Shown here: positions 51,410 to 61,041 of the stretch, in pieces
Position numbering within the stretch: the first letter of the stretch is position 1
Layout: the number at the start of each line of letters is the position of its first letter
Assembly: GCA_002281295.1 (NCBI GenBank)
Contig: NCFS01000003.1
Location: 7,577 to 71,576, forward strand
Direction: 5' to 3'
Source of the DNA: Halothiobacillus sp. 35-54-62
GTDB taxonomy: Bacteria; Pseudomonadota; Gammaproteobacteria; Halothiobacillales; Halothiobacillaceae
DNA: 64,000 bases
Position numbers and translations under genes: made by a program
Notes under the pieces: model-generated
Databases searched by the model: none
The model's input: the letters and a program-made list of their open reading frames with translations, nothing else
What the model was told of the DNA's origin: nothing

Positions 51410-51703
51410 TCAAATCCCTTGTGGCCGAGACGGGCTTTTGAGGGATGAGCCGCAAGGCGTGGTGCGAAGCGAATGGTTATTCCATTCGTGAGTGCCACAA
51501 CACAGCGGATCGCCCTCAAAAGCCCGTCCCATGAGGGTTGCTGCCCCGTGTCTATCTATATGGTCCGCAACACGTCGTTATCGGCCTTGGATTCGTAGAA
51601 TTACTTCGACCGGCGGCCTCTGCCTCGTTTTGCGGCTTTTGGATCAGCAACTCGGCGGGCTTCGCCAGCTTCGCGCAGCACAAAGGATTTGATCAGAGGT
51701 TCC
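51397..51703. mobile_element. MITE-like repeat, family B, long composite copy (about 307 bp), inverted relative to the copy at 6577
   Basis: The ends are AAGGAACCTCTGATCAAATCCCTTGTGGCCGAG ... CACAAAGGATTTGATCAGAGGTTCC. It shares the internal GGATTCGTAGAAT.ACT.CGACCGGCGGCCTCTGCCTCGTTTTGCGGCTTTTGGATCAGCAACTCGG with the reverse complement of 6577-6717. It carries an extra insert of about 158 bp and a further one of about 21 bp. Confidence 0.65.
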
Positions 51704-52285
51704 CAAGGGATTAATACCCGCACCCCGCAGCAGCCGAGCGGTCGCAATTAGTGGCAAGCCCATAATGGCCGTGGGGTCGCAAGAGTGCATCGATTCGAGC
51801 AAGGTAACGCCAAGCCCTTCGGATTTCATGCTGCCGGCGCAATCAAACGGGCGCTCTTGCGCGATATAGTGATTAATTTCTGCGTCCGTTAGGTCGCGCA
51901 TGTGCGCCGTTACGGTTTCAAAGCTTGTTTGAATGCGGCCATGGGTATCAATAACCGCCACCGCTACATGAAATAAAATGGTTTGCCCCGACAGCATGCG
52001 CAGTTGCGTGAAGGCTCGTTCCGCTGAATGCGGCTTGCCCAAAATGTGGTTGCCGCAAGCCACCAATTGATCGGAGCCGATGACGACCGCCTGCGGATGC
52101 CGCAAGGCAACGGTATGCGCTTTTTGTTGCGCTAAGCGCAAACAGGCCGCCGCCGCTTGTTCGCCCGCCTGTACCTGTTCATCAATCTCGGGTTTATCGA
52201 TTTGATACGGGATATTAAGCCGATCTAGCAAGGCACGACGGGTTATTGACGAGGAGGCGAGAATTAAAGATGGGGTTTTTTGCAT
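51644..52285 (-). CDS. yceF: Maf-family nucleoside triphosphate pyrophosphatase (YceF-type)
   Basis: From the ATG at 52285 the product reads MQKTPSLILASSSITRRALLDRLNIPYQ...VIGSDQ...CAGSMKSEGLG...IMGLPLIATARLL, collinear with E. coli YceF. It is divergent from yceD-rpmF-plsX, as in E. coli. The last 19 residues and the stop codon lie inside the MITE. Confidence 0.85.
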   Translation of the reverse strand: MQKTPSLILASSSITRRALLDRLNIPYQIDKPEIDEQVQAGEQAAAACLRLAQQKAHTVALRHPQAVVIGSDQLVACGNHILGKPHSAERAFTQLRMLSGQTILFHVAVAVIDTHGRIQTSFETVTAHMRDLTDAEINHYIAQERPFDCAGSMKSEGLGVTLLESMHSCDPTAIMGLPLIATARLLRGAGINPLGTSDQILCAARSWRSPPSC

Positions 52286-52348
52286 AATCATTTTGCGTGC
52301 CAAGCAATAAATCGCTAATATTATACGATTCTGGTCTGGCATTTCGAT

Positions 52349-53062
52349 TTGTTCTTGCCGCACTGCTATTTAAGCGTTCAAGAAGGGCTGAGTTCATTGA
52401 GTACAAGTGCAAACAACGCAGATTCTGCGCCCGCCGCCGGTGTGCCTGCGATTGAGCCGCAGGATGTGTTGGTGCAGTCAGCGGCGAGCTTGCCTGATTT
52501 GTTCGTGCGAGCCTCTTGCGATAGCGAGCGTGTGTTTCGCGGCGCTGTGCGCTTAGGTGATTTGCCTCGGCTGGCGCAATGGGTGCCTTCTGATGAACCG
52601 GGCACATTGCTTGTGTTCTCGCTGCGGTTTTTTAGAGACGCGGGGCGGGATTTACTGGCTGATATTTCAGTGCAAACCACCGTGCAAATGGATTGTGCTC
52701 GCTGCTTGAAGCCGATGACTTTGCCTCTGGTGAGCGAATCGGTATTGCATTTTGTGTATAACGATGAGCAGGCGCAACACGTGATTGACGCGCGCGAGCC
52801 CATTTTAATCGACGCAGAAGGCAGTATTGCGATTGCGGCACTACTAGAAGAAGAGGTGTTGATGGCGCTGCCGCCGGTCGCTATGCATGCGCATCAGTGC
52901 CGTCCGGCTTGGCAGGAGGCCGCGTTGGATGAAACGCTGCCTACGGCGCCGGGCACAACTCGGCCAAATCCGTTTGCGGCTTTGGCAAAGCAGTGGCCAA
53001 AGCCTGAGTTAACCGTTCGGGATGGGGCGGTGCAAAAATCGAAAAAAAAGGATGATGAGTGA
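52349..53062 (+). CDS. yceD: YceD/DUF177 family protein (large ribosomal RNA accumulation protein)
   Basis: The Cys motif MDCARCLKPM and an acidic C-terminal region are present. It sits immediately upstream of rpmF. The start is uncertain: TTG at 52349 or TTG at 52397. Confidence 0.72.
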   Translation: MFLPHCYLSVQEGLSSLSTSANNADSAPAAGVPAIEPQDVLVQSAASLPDLFVRASCDSERVFRGAVRLGDLPRLAQWVPSDEPGTLLVFSLRFFRDAGRDLLADISVQTTVQMDCARCLKPMTLPLVSESVLHFVYNDEQAQHVIDAREPILIDAEGSIAIAALLEEEVLMALPPVAMHAHQCRPAWQEAALDETLPTAPGTTRPNPFAALAKQWPKPELTVRDGAVQKSKKKDDE

Positions 53063-53157
53063 AATTTCTCGCAACCCCTAGTCGCAAAGGGGTTGTGTGT
53101 TTGGTTTGGCGTCTTGTGTAAAATAGGGCGCAATTTTTAGTGTTAGGAGTTTAAAAA

Positions 53158-53346
53158 ATGGCTGTTCAGCAAAACAAAAAAAGTCGCGCCCGTCGTGATA
53201 CCCGTCGCTCACATGATGCGTTGACAAAACCCACCTTGTCTATTGATGCCACCAGCGGTGAAACCCATCGCCGTCATCAAGTAACCGCTGATGGCTTTTA
53301 TCGCGGCCGTCGTGTTATTGCCGAAAAAACCACTGCCGAAGCTTAA
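53158..53346 (+). CDS. rpmF: 50S ribosomal protein L32
   Basis: The 62-aa ORF begins [42 protein letters not shown], a typical L32. Confidence 0.95.
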   Translation: MAVQQNKKSRARRDTRRSHDALTKPTLSIDATSGETHRRHQVTADGFYRGRRVIAEKTTAEA

Positions 53347-53382
53347 TTAACCCCGCTCGGTGATGGCGCAGGACTAAACTAA

Positions 53383-53416
53383 CCTTGCGTGCTTATGTGC
53401 GCAGGGTTTTTGTTTT
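53383..53416 (+). terminator. Probable rho-independent terminator/attenuator after rpmF
   Basis: A 10-bp stem (CCTTGCGTGC / GTGCGCAGGG, including G-U pairs) with a TTAT loop is followed by TTTTTGTTTT. Confidence 0.45.
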
Positions 53417-53510
53417 GGCTAATTATTTAACTCAAAACCTTAGGCAAAGCCTGGGCGTTTTGGATTTATTCCCCAAAAATAAAAGCATTTGATGAGGCTG
53501 AGCGTTGTCC

Positions 53511-54533
53511 ATGAAGGCACAAATCGCGATCGATATGATGGGCGGGGATCATGGCCTGCCAGTTACCCTAGCCGCCGCCGCCCGTTTTATAAACGAGAGG
53601 CCCCATGTAACCGTTTTATTGGTGGGCGATGAAGTACTGTTGCGCTCGCAATTGGCCACTTATCACTTGATCGAGGGGGAGCGCGTGGTGATTGTGCACG
53701 CGCCTGAAGTGGTTGCGATGGGTGAATCACCGGCCGTTGCACTTCGCACTAAGAAAAAATCTTCAATGCGTGTCGCGATTGATTGCGTGCGTGATGGCTC
53801 GGCGCAGGCGGCGGTTAGCGCGGGCAATACCGGTGCGCTTATGGCCACGGCCAAGTTTGTGCTAAAAATGCTGCCGGGTATTGATCGCCCGGCCATTTGC
53901 ACCGCTTTGCCCAACCGCAAAGGCCATACCCATGTGCTGGATTTAGGCGCGAATGTGGAATGCAATGCCGATCATTTATTTCAGTTTGCCGTGATGGGCT
54001 CGGTCTTAGTTGAAGCCTATGACGATAATCCTTCGCCGCGTGTCGGCCTGCTTAACGTGGGCGCCGAGGCGATTAAGGGGAATGACACCGTTAAAGCCGC
54101 CGCGGCCTTATTAGCCGCAGGCCCCATTAATTACATTGGCTATGTTGAAGGCGATGATATTTACAAAGGCGATGTCGATGTGGTGGTTTGTGATGGATTT
54201 GTGGGCAATGTGGCTCTTAAAGCCAGCGAAGGTTTGGCCAAAATGATTACGCAATTTTTGCGTGAAGAATTTAGTCGCGGTTTATTGTCCAAACTGGCGG
54301 CGGTTATTGCTATGCCGGTGTTAAAGCGCTTGAAAAAGCGGCTGGACCCGGGTCGATATAACGGCGCCAGCTTTTTGGGTTTGCAAGGCATTGTGATTAA
54401 AAGCCATGGCGGCGCGGATGTGGCAGCGTTTATGAGTGCGTTGAATGTGGCTTTGCGTGAAATTGAAAAAGATGTCCCGAGGCGAATTGATTTGCGCTTG
54501 GGGCAATTATTAAATGAGAAGGAATTAGCATGA
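53511..54533 (+). CDS. plsX: Phosphate acyltransferase PlsX
   Basis: [27 protein letters not shown]...; GNTGALMA; [10 protein letters not shown]. The ORF-track start at 53505 is TTG, two codons upstream. Confidence 0.93.
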   Translation: MKAQIAIDMMGGDHGLPVTLAAAARFINERPHVTVLLVGDEVLLRSQLATYHLIEGERVVIVHAPEVVAMGESPAVALRTKKKSSMRVAIDCVRDGSAQAAVSAGNTGALMATAKFVLKMLPGIDRPAICTALPNRKGHTHVLDLGANVECNADHLFQFAVMGSVLVEAYDDNPSPRVGLLNVGAEAIKGNDTVKAAAALLAAGPINYIGYVEGDDIYKGDVDVVVCDGFVGNVALKASEGLAKMITQFLREEFSRGLLSKLAAVIAMPVLKRLKKRLDPGRYNGASFLGLQGIVIKSHGGADVAAFMSALNVALREIEKDVPRRIDLRLGQLLNEKELA

Positions 54534-55507
54534 TTCATTCACGCATTACCGGCACAGGCAGTTATTTGCCCGAGCGGATTTTAACCAATCAGGAATTGGA
54601 GCAGATGGTTGAAACCTCCGATCTGTGGATTCGGGAGCGGACCGGCATTGAGCAGCGCCATATTGCCGCTAAAGGTCAACTCACCTCCGATTTAGCCGAG
54701 CCTGCCGCCCGCCGCGCCCTGGCGGCAGCGGGTAAAACGCCGGCGGATGTGGATTTACTGATCGTGGCGACCACGACCCCAGATCGAATTTTTCCTTCAA
54801 CAGCTTGCTTATTGCAGCAAAAGCTGGGGATTCACGGCTCGCCCGCCTTTGATATTCAAGCGGTGTGTACGGGTTTTGTGTATGCCTTAAGCGTGGCCGA
54901 TAAGTTCATTCAAACCGGCGCGGCCAAGTGCGCGCTGGTCATTGGGGCTGAAACCCTATCGCGCATTGTGAACTGGAACGATCGGGGCACCTGCGTGCTG
55001 TTTGCCGATGGCGCCGGTGCGGTGGTGTTGGAAGCCAGTGATACCCCAGGCATTATTAGCACCCATATTCATGCCGATGGTGCTTATGAATCATTACTGA
55101 CGACGGTAAAGCCCAGTGCAGAGAATGATTTAAATCCGGCGCATTTGGCCGATGGCACGGCGTTTATCGAAATGAAAGGCAATGAAGTATTCAAAATTGC
55201 GGTCAATACTCTAGGCCGCATCGTGGATGAGACATTAGAGGCAGCGGGCTTAACAGCCGCCGATATTGACTGGCTGGTACCCCATCAAGCCAATATCCGC
55301 ATTATTCAAGCCACGGCGCGCAAACTCGATTTACCGATGGAGCGGGTCGTGGTCACGGTGAACACGCATGGCAACACCTCGGCCGCCTCGGTGCCGCTGG
55401 CATTGGATACGGCCGTGCGCGATGGCCGCATTAAGCGGGGCGATACGGTTTTACTCGAAGCGTTTGGCGGGGGCTTTACTTGGGGCTCGGCGCTCATTCG
55501 CTATTAG
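54530..55507 (+). CDS. fabH: 3-oxoacyl-ACP synthase III
   Basis: The 325-aa ORF begins [24 protein letters not shown]. The active-site Cys is in [15 protein letters not shown], followed by HQANIRI and [12 protein letters not shown]. Confidence 0.95.
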   Translation: MIHSRITGTGSYLPERILTNQELEQMVETSDLWIRERTGIEQRHIAAKGQLTSDLAEPAARRALAAAGKTPADVDLLIVATTTPDRIFPSTACLLQQKLGIHGSPAFDIQAVCTGFVYALSVADKFIQTGAAKCALVIGAETLSRIVNWNDRGTCVLFADGAGAVVLEASDTPGIISTHIHADGAYESLLTTVKPSAENDLNPAHLADGTAFIEMKGNEVFKIAVNTLGRIVDETLEAAGLTAADIDWLVPHQANIRIIQATARKLDLPMERVVVTVNTHGNTSAASVPLALDTAVRDGRIKRGDTVLLEAFGGGFTWGSALIRY

Positions 55508-55557
55508 CGCGTTTGTGGCGGCATTGTTTGGGGTTATTTCAGAGCGCGGGGCTTTTT

Positions 55558-56043
55558 ATGGCACGAGAAATAGAGCGTAAGTTTCTGTTAACTAATGAAC
55601 AATGGCGATCGGATGTGTCGTCAACTTCGCATCTGGCTCAAGGGTATTTAACAACCCTAAGCGCGGGCGCGCGAGCCTCAGTTCGGGTGCGAATCGCCAC
55701 CGATTCGGCCTATTTGAATATTAAAAGCATGACCCTTGGCATGGCGCGCGATGAGTTTGAATACCCGATTCCCTTGGCAGATGCTGCGCATATGTTGGCG
55801 CAATTGTGTTCGGGTGCCGTGATTGAAAAATATCGTCATCATGTGCATTTTGGCGGCTTGCTCTGGGAAATTGATGAGTTTTTAGGCGCAAACGCCGGTT
55901 TGATCGTGGCTGAAGTGGAGCTTGAGTCAGAGTCGCAAGAGATTTTTCGCCCCGCTTGGGTCGGGCAGGAAGTGACCGCCGATCGGCGTTATTACAACGT
56001 ATCGCTCGTTGAACACCCCTACCAAAACTGGCCGACATCATGA
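55558..56043 (+). CDS. CYTH-domain protein (triphosphate tunnel metalloenzyme family)
   Basis: It begins MAREIERKFLL (the ExExK signature of CYTH/CyaB-ThTPase proteins) and is 161 aa. Confidence 0.7.
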   Translation: MAREIERKFLLTNEQWRSDVSSTSHLAQGYLTTLSAGARASVRVRIATDSAYLNIKSMTLGMARDEFEYPIPLADAAHMLAQLCSGAVIEKYRHHVHFGGLLWEIDEFLGANAGLIVAEVELESESQEIFRPAWVGQEVTADRRYYNVSLVEHPYQNWPTS

Positions 56044-56092
56044 GCGGATTTAACACCATACCGCCGCGATGCGCTCATGGGGGAATGGGCTG

Positions 56093-56731
56093 ATGATTCG
56101 GGTGATGATTGTCGATGACCACACCATGGTGCGCAAAGCCTTAGCGCACCTGATTAGTAGCGTGCCGGAAATTGGCGTAACAGCAGAGGCCGATAGCGGA
56201 GAAACAGCGCTGGCACTGCTTAAAACCGAAACGGTTGATGTAATTTTATGTGATATTCACATGCCGGGCATGGGCGGGCTTGAAGCCATTCGGCGCATTC
56301 AGGCGCGCTATCCGCACATTGGCTTAATTGCCGTCACCGCCGAGGCCGATGCGGCGTTAGCGCGTTCCGTTTTAGAGGCGGGCGTGCATGGTTATGTCAC
56401 CAAAGATGCGCCGCCTCAAGAGCTCATCACCGCCATTGAAAACGCGCAGCATAAAATTCGTTTTATTTCATCGCGGATTGCGCAAGAAATTGCCCTGCAA
56501 TCGATGCGCAAAACAGCCGACCCCTTCGATAGCCTGTCGAGCCGAGAGCAGCAGGTTTTAATGATGATTTTGGAAGGCAAAACCAATCAATGTATCTCCG
56601 ATGTGCTCTGCGTTAGCCCCAAAACCGTGAGCACCTACAAGGTTCGCCTGCAGGAAAAACTGGGCGTAAATAACGATATTGAGTTATTGCGTTTGGCAGT
56701 TAAGTCTGGGCGGGTTGTCTTAAGCGAATGA
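56093..56731 (+). CDS. uvrY: NarL/FixJ-family response regulator, UvrY/GacA-type
   Basis: MIRVMIVDDHTMVRKAL...DVILCDIHMPGMGGLE... plus a LuxR HTH (LSSREQQVLMMILEGKTNQCISDVLCVSPKTVSTYKVRL). It lies directly upstream of and overlaps uvrC, as uvrY does in E. coli. Confidence 0.8.
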   Translation: MIRVMIVDDHTMVRKALAHLISSVPEIGVTAEADSGETALALLKTETVDVILCDIHMPGMGGLEAIRRIQARYPHIGLIAVTAEADAALARSVLEAGVHGYVTKDAPPQELITAIENAQHKIRFISSRIAQEIALQSMRKTADPFDSLSSREQQVLMMILEGKTNQCISDVLCVSPKTVSTYKVRLQEKLGVNNDIELLRLAVKSGRVVLSE

Positions 56732-58629
56732 CCGATTCGGCTGCGCCGCTGGATTTTTTGGCGCCGCAATCAGCGGTTAGCACTGAATTCGATGCTGCTG
56801 CATTTCTCAAATCGGTGAGCGAGCGTCCGGGCGTTTACCGGATGTTTGATGCCGCCGATACCGTCATTTACGTCGGCAAGGCCCGTAATCTCAAAGCGCG
56901 GCTATCGAGTTATTTTCGTGGGCAGCAATCGCTTAAAACTCAAGCACTCGTGCGCCATATTGCTCAGATTGAAACCACGGTCACGCAAACCGAATCTGAA
57001 GCGCTCTTGCTTGAAATTAATTTGATTAAAGCGCACCGCCCTCGGTACAACATTTTGCTGCGGGATGATAAAAGTTATCCGTGGATTTATGTGGCCACCG
57101 ATCAAGATTATCCGCGTTTGGCCTACCATCGCGGCACGCGCAAACGCGCGGGGCGCTACTTTGGCCCCTACAGCGCGCCCAGTGCCGTGCGAGAAACGCT
57201 CATTTTGCTGGAAAAAGTATTCAAGGTTCGCCAATGCGAAGACAGTTTTTTTCGCAGCCGCAGCCGGCCTTGTTTGCAATACCAAATTGGCCGATGCAAG
57301 GCGCCGTGTGTGGGGTATGTGCCGCAAGCTGAATATGACCAAGATGTTGCCGATACGATCGCTTTTTTAAGTGGTCGCAGCCAAAGCTTAGTTGAGCAGC
57401 TCGTGGCGCGGATGGAGCAGGCCGCCCACTCACTGGATTTTGAGCAAGCCGCCACGCTGCGGGATCAAATTGGCCAACTCCGCGCGATTAGCCAGCAGCA
57501 ATCCATTACCGGATTAAGCGGCGATGCGGATGTAATCGCCGCCGTGCGTGTGATGAATCTGGATGTGGTTGCGGTATCAACCATCCGCGATGGCCGCCAC
57601 TTGGGCACCCGCTCCTATTTTCCCCAAGTGCCTGCAACCACGGAAACTGCTGAAATTATGAACGCTTTTTTGGGGCAATATTATGCCGAGCGCGAAGCGC
57701 CGCCGCAGATTTTGTGCTCTGAAGTACCGCAAGAGGCTGAATTTTTAGCCGATGCATTATCGAATCGCGCCGGGCGCCGGGTGGTGCTAACCCAGCCTAA
57801 ACGGGGTAAGGCGCGGGAATGGTTAGATCAAACCCACAGCAATGCCACCCAAGCCGCTCAAGAACGCTTAGCCAGCCGAGTGGGCTTAAATGTTCGCTTT
57901 GCCGCCCTGCGTGAGGTGACCGGCGTATCGGAAATTAATCGCATTGAATGCTTTGATATTTCACACACCCAAGGCGAATTCACGGTAGCTTCGTGCGTGG
58001 TGTTTGGGGTGGATGGCGCGCAAAAAGATCAATATCGGCGTTATTCGATTGAAGGCATTACGCCGGGCGATGATTATGCGGCCATGCACCAAGTGTTGCT
58101 GCGGCGATTTGGCCGAGCCCAGCGCGAAGGCGGTATTTTGCCCGATGTGTTATTAATTGATGGCGGTGCGGGGCAAGTAGCCCAAGCGCAAGCGGTGCTG
58201 GATACGCTCGGTATTGCGACCCAAGGCGCAGGCAGTGTGTATCTTTTAGGCGTGGCTAAGGGGGTTGAACGTAAAGCCGGTGAAGAGCGGTTAATTCGCC
58301 CAAAAAATGCCGACGGCAGCGGGGGGGATGAGCGCAAATTAAGCCCGCATGATCCGGCGCTGCATTTAATTGCGCAAGTGCGCGATGAGGCGCACCGTTT
58401 TGCCATTACAGGGCATCGGGCGCGGCGACAAAAAGCCCAAACACAGTCCGATCTTGAAAAAATCCCCGGGGTCGGCGCCAAGCGCAGGCAAGCGTTGCTC
58501 AAGCAGTTTGGGGGCTTGCGCGGCTTGCGCGCCGCGAGCGTGGCAGAATTATCCAAGGTGTCGGGTATCTCGCAGGCGCTGGCGACAGAAATACACGCGT
58601 GGCTCCACGAGGGCGCCGCTGCCAGCTAA
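56728..58629 (+). CDS. uvrC: Excinuclease ABC subunit C
   Basis: The 633-aa ORF has a GIY-YIG region (PGVYRMFDAADTVIYVGKARNLKARLSSYF), a UVR domain, an endonuclease V-like domain and a C-terminal (HhH)2 domain. Confidence 0.95.
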   Translation: MTDSAAPLDFLAPQSAVSTEFDAAAFLKSVSERPGVYRMFDAADTVIYVGKARNLKARLSSYFRGQQSLKTQALVRHIAQIETTVTQTESEALLLEINLIKAHRPRYNILLRDDKSYPWIYVATDQDYPRLAYHRGTRKRAGRYFGPYSAPSAVRETLILLEKVFKVRQCEDSFFRSRSRPCLQYQIGRCKAPCVGYVPQAEYDQDVADTIAFLSGRSQSLVEQLVARMEQAAHSLDFEQAATLRDQIGQLRAISQQQSITGLSGDADVIAAVRVMNLDVVAVSTIRDGRHLGTRSYFPQVPATTETAEIMNAFLGQYYAEREAPPQILCSEVPQEAEFLADALSNRAGRRVVLTQPKRGKAREWLDQTHSNATQAAQERLASRVGLNVRFAALREVTGVSEINRIECFDISHTQGEFTVASCVVFGVDGAQKDQYRRYSIEGITPGDDYAAMHQVLLRRFGRAQREGGILPDVLLIDGGAGQVAQAQAVLDTLGIATQGAGSVYLLGVAKGVERKAGEERLIRPKNADGSGGDERKLSPHDPALHLIAQVRDEAHRFAITGHRARRQKAQTQSDLEKIPGVGAKRRQALLKQFGGLRGLRAASVAELSKVSGISQALATEIHAWLHEGAAAS

Positions 58630-58704
58630 CTTGATTGGGTGTGGGTGATTTTTTTAGTGGCTTTGTGAATATATTTTTTCAATAAATCAATAGGTTGTTA
58701 TAAA

Positions 58705-61041
58705 TTGTTGCGCTATTTTATTAAAAAAAGGTTCGTGCCTTTGTGGCACATTTTGCCGAGCTTCTTGCTTGTTATGGGCTTGGTTTGGGGTATGGCATTG
58801 CCGGCTTTTGCGGCGACATCGCTTGTGCCGGCCGAGCCAAAAGCGCCCGCCGCCCCGGTGTTAACGGCACAAGATTACGCCACCTTATCTAAAATGCTTG
58901 AAAATCCTGAGGCACGCGCGGCGTTGATTCAGCAGCTCAACGCGCTCTCAAAACAAGCCGCAGACGCCAAGGGGGGCGGGGCTGCCTTGCCCGCGTCCTC
59001 AGAGCCGCAAACCATCGCAAATCAGTTGGCGCTTGATACGTCGGGCACATTTAAATGGTTGGTGCAAACCGTGTCGGATACCAGCCGCCGCATTGATCAT
59101 CTAGTTCGCAATCCTTGGTTTGTTTTTAACCCAGAGCAATTTTGGCAAGGCACATGGCGTATAGCAGTGCTGATTTTTCTTGTGTATGCACTCTTGTTGG
59201 GTGCTATTCAGCTCTTGCGACCGATTTCATCGAAAATGGCTGATTGGTCTGAAGGCGCCTCAAAACGGCAGCATTTAATCCGAGCTTTGTTGTCACTGGC
59301 AGCGCTGGGCGCGGTGGGCTTTGGTATTTTGGCGCTTATTTATATGCTGGGTAACGCCTTATCGATTGGGATTAGCGAAAATAATTCGTATGGGTTGTGG
59401 CAGCAATCTTTGTTTTTAAATGCTTTTTTGGTGTTGGAATCGGCGCGATTGCTGTTGCGGATGATTTTATCGCCCTCTTATTCTTGCCTGCGACTTTTTG
59501 CGATTAGCGCGCCGATTGCTCAGTTTTGGACCAATCGAATTACGGTGTTGCTGATAGGCTTGGGCTATGGATTGATGTTTGCCGTGCCGATTGTCCGCCA
59601 AACCATGGGCGAGGATGGGGCGCAGGTGTTGGTTTGGTGTTTAGCGGTATTTGGCTTGGCTCTAAGTTTGGGTTCTATTTTTCAGCAGCGGGTCGTCATC
59701 CGTGCGGCATTGCTGCGCGCAGCTGAACGGCAAGGCTCGGGGTTATTGAGCTGGTTGTTGGTCGTGGTGGCGCATTCTTGGCACATCATGATGATGGGCT
59801 ACATCACCATGGTGTTTTTGGTGGGGCTAACACGCCCCCAAGATGCGTTGCCTTTTATTGCCCAAGCCAGTGGATACACCGTGCTGGCCGTTGCGGCTGG
59901 CTTATTGCTTTCCGCCATTTTAACGCAAATATTTGGCAGCGAGGTGCATCTAAAAGAGCATCATCGGCGCCGTGTGCCGATGTTAGAGCGGCGCTTAAAT
60001 GCTTATTTACCCTGGTTTTTACGCTTGATTCGGCTGCTCATTTTAATGGCCAGCGTGGGGGTGATTCTGCATGTATGGCACATTGTCGATGTCTTCAAAT
60101 GGCTGGGGTCAAAAGCGGGGCAGGGGGTTTTAACCACGGCGATTGATGTTTTATTTTTGGTGATGGCAGCGGCTTTGTTTTGGTTATTTGTCGCCAGCTT
60201 AATTGAGGCCAAGCTCAATAGTGAGCGTGATCACATGCCCTCGGCACGGGTTCAAACCTTGCTTAGTTTGTTTCGCAATGCAGTCGCCACGGCATTGGTT
60301 ACGATTACCGCCATGATGGTGCTCTCAGAGCTCGGTGTGAATATTGGCCCCTTGCTGGCCGGTGCAGGCGTGCTCGGCTTGGCCTTGGGGTTTGGGGCGC
60401 AAAAGCTCGTGCAGGATGTGATTACAGGCGTGTTTATTCAGCTTGAAAATGCGATTAATAAAGGCGATATGGTGAGCGTGGGGGGCATCATGGGTACGGC
60501 TGAGAATTTGTCCATCCGCTCGGTGGGCATTCGAGATGTGTCAGGTACGTATCATATTGTGCCGTTCTCGGCGGTCACCGTGGTATCCAATTACATGCGC
60601 GGGTTTGCTTTTCATAAGGCGGAATACAGCATCGGTTATAGCGAAAACATTGATGCGGCTATCGTTCAGCTTCGGGCGGCGTTTGATGAGCTGATGCAAG
60701 ACTCTGAAATGAAAGGAAAAATATTAGAACCCATCCAAGTGCCCGGCGTCACCGAATTGGGCGCAAGCTCGGTGAATATTCGCGTGCTAATTAAAACAAC
60801 CCCGGGTGACCAATGGGCCGTGGGTCGAGCTTATAACCGGTTGGTTAAAATTTATTTTGATCAATCAGGTATTGAAATTCCGTTCCCACAAAGCACGATT
60901 CACTTTGCAGCCGATGAACCCAATCCGCTCATTGAGGCTAAAAATAAGCAAGCGTTGGCATCTGATGAGGCAAAAAAATCACCGTCTGCGTCGGCTGCGC
61001 CGCGAGATGAGGTGCACGATGAGCAAAACGGGAAGCATTAA
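58705..61041 (+). CDS. MscS-family mechanosensitive channel (large, MscK/MscM-like architecture)
   Basis: The 778-aa ORF has a signal peptide-like N-terminus, a periplasmic segment and about 10 TM segments. The MscS core is LGFGAQKLVQDVITGVFIQLENAINKGDMVSVGG...IRSVGIRDVSGTYHIVPFS. The start codon is TTG and is uncertain. Confidence 0.85.
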   Translation: MLRYFIKKRFVPLWHILPSFLLVMGLVWGMALPAFAATSLVPAEPKAPAAPVLTAQDYATLSKMLENPEARAALIQQLNALSKQAADAKGGGAALPASSEPQTIANQLALDTSGTFKWLVQTVSDTSRRIDHLVRNPWFVFNPEQFWQGTWRIAVLIFLVYALLLGAIQLLRPISSKMADWSEGASKRQHLIRALLSLAALGAVGFGILALIYMLGNALSIGISENNSYGLWQQSLFLNAFLVLESARLLLRMILSPSYSCLRLFAISAPIAQFWTNRITVLLIGLGYGLMFAVPIVRQTMGEDGAQVLVWCLAVFGLALSLGSIFQQRVVIRAALLRAAERQGSGLLSWLLVVVAHSWHIMMMGYITMVFLVGLTRPQDALPFIAQASGYTVLAVAAGLLLSAILTQIFGSEVHLKEHHRRRVPMLERRLNAYLPWFLRLIRLLILMASVGVILHVWHIVDVFKWLGSKAGQGVLTTAIDVLFLVMAAALFWLFVASLIEAKLNSERDHMPSARVQTLLSLFRNAVATALVTITAMMVLSELGVNIGPLLAGAGVLGLALGFGAQKLVQDVITGVFIQLENAINKGDMVSVGGIMGTAENLSIRSVGIRDVSGTYHIVPFSAVTVVSNYMRGFAFHKAEYSIGYSENIDAAIVQLRAAFDELMQDSEMKGKILEPIQVPGVTELGASSVNIRVLIKTTPGDQWAVGRAYNRLVKIYFDQSGIEIPFPQSTIHFAADEPNPLIEAKNKQALASDEAKKSPSASAAPRDEVHDEQNGKH

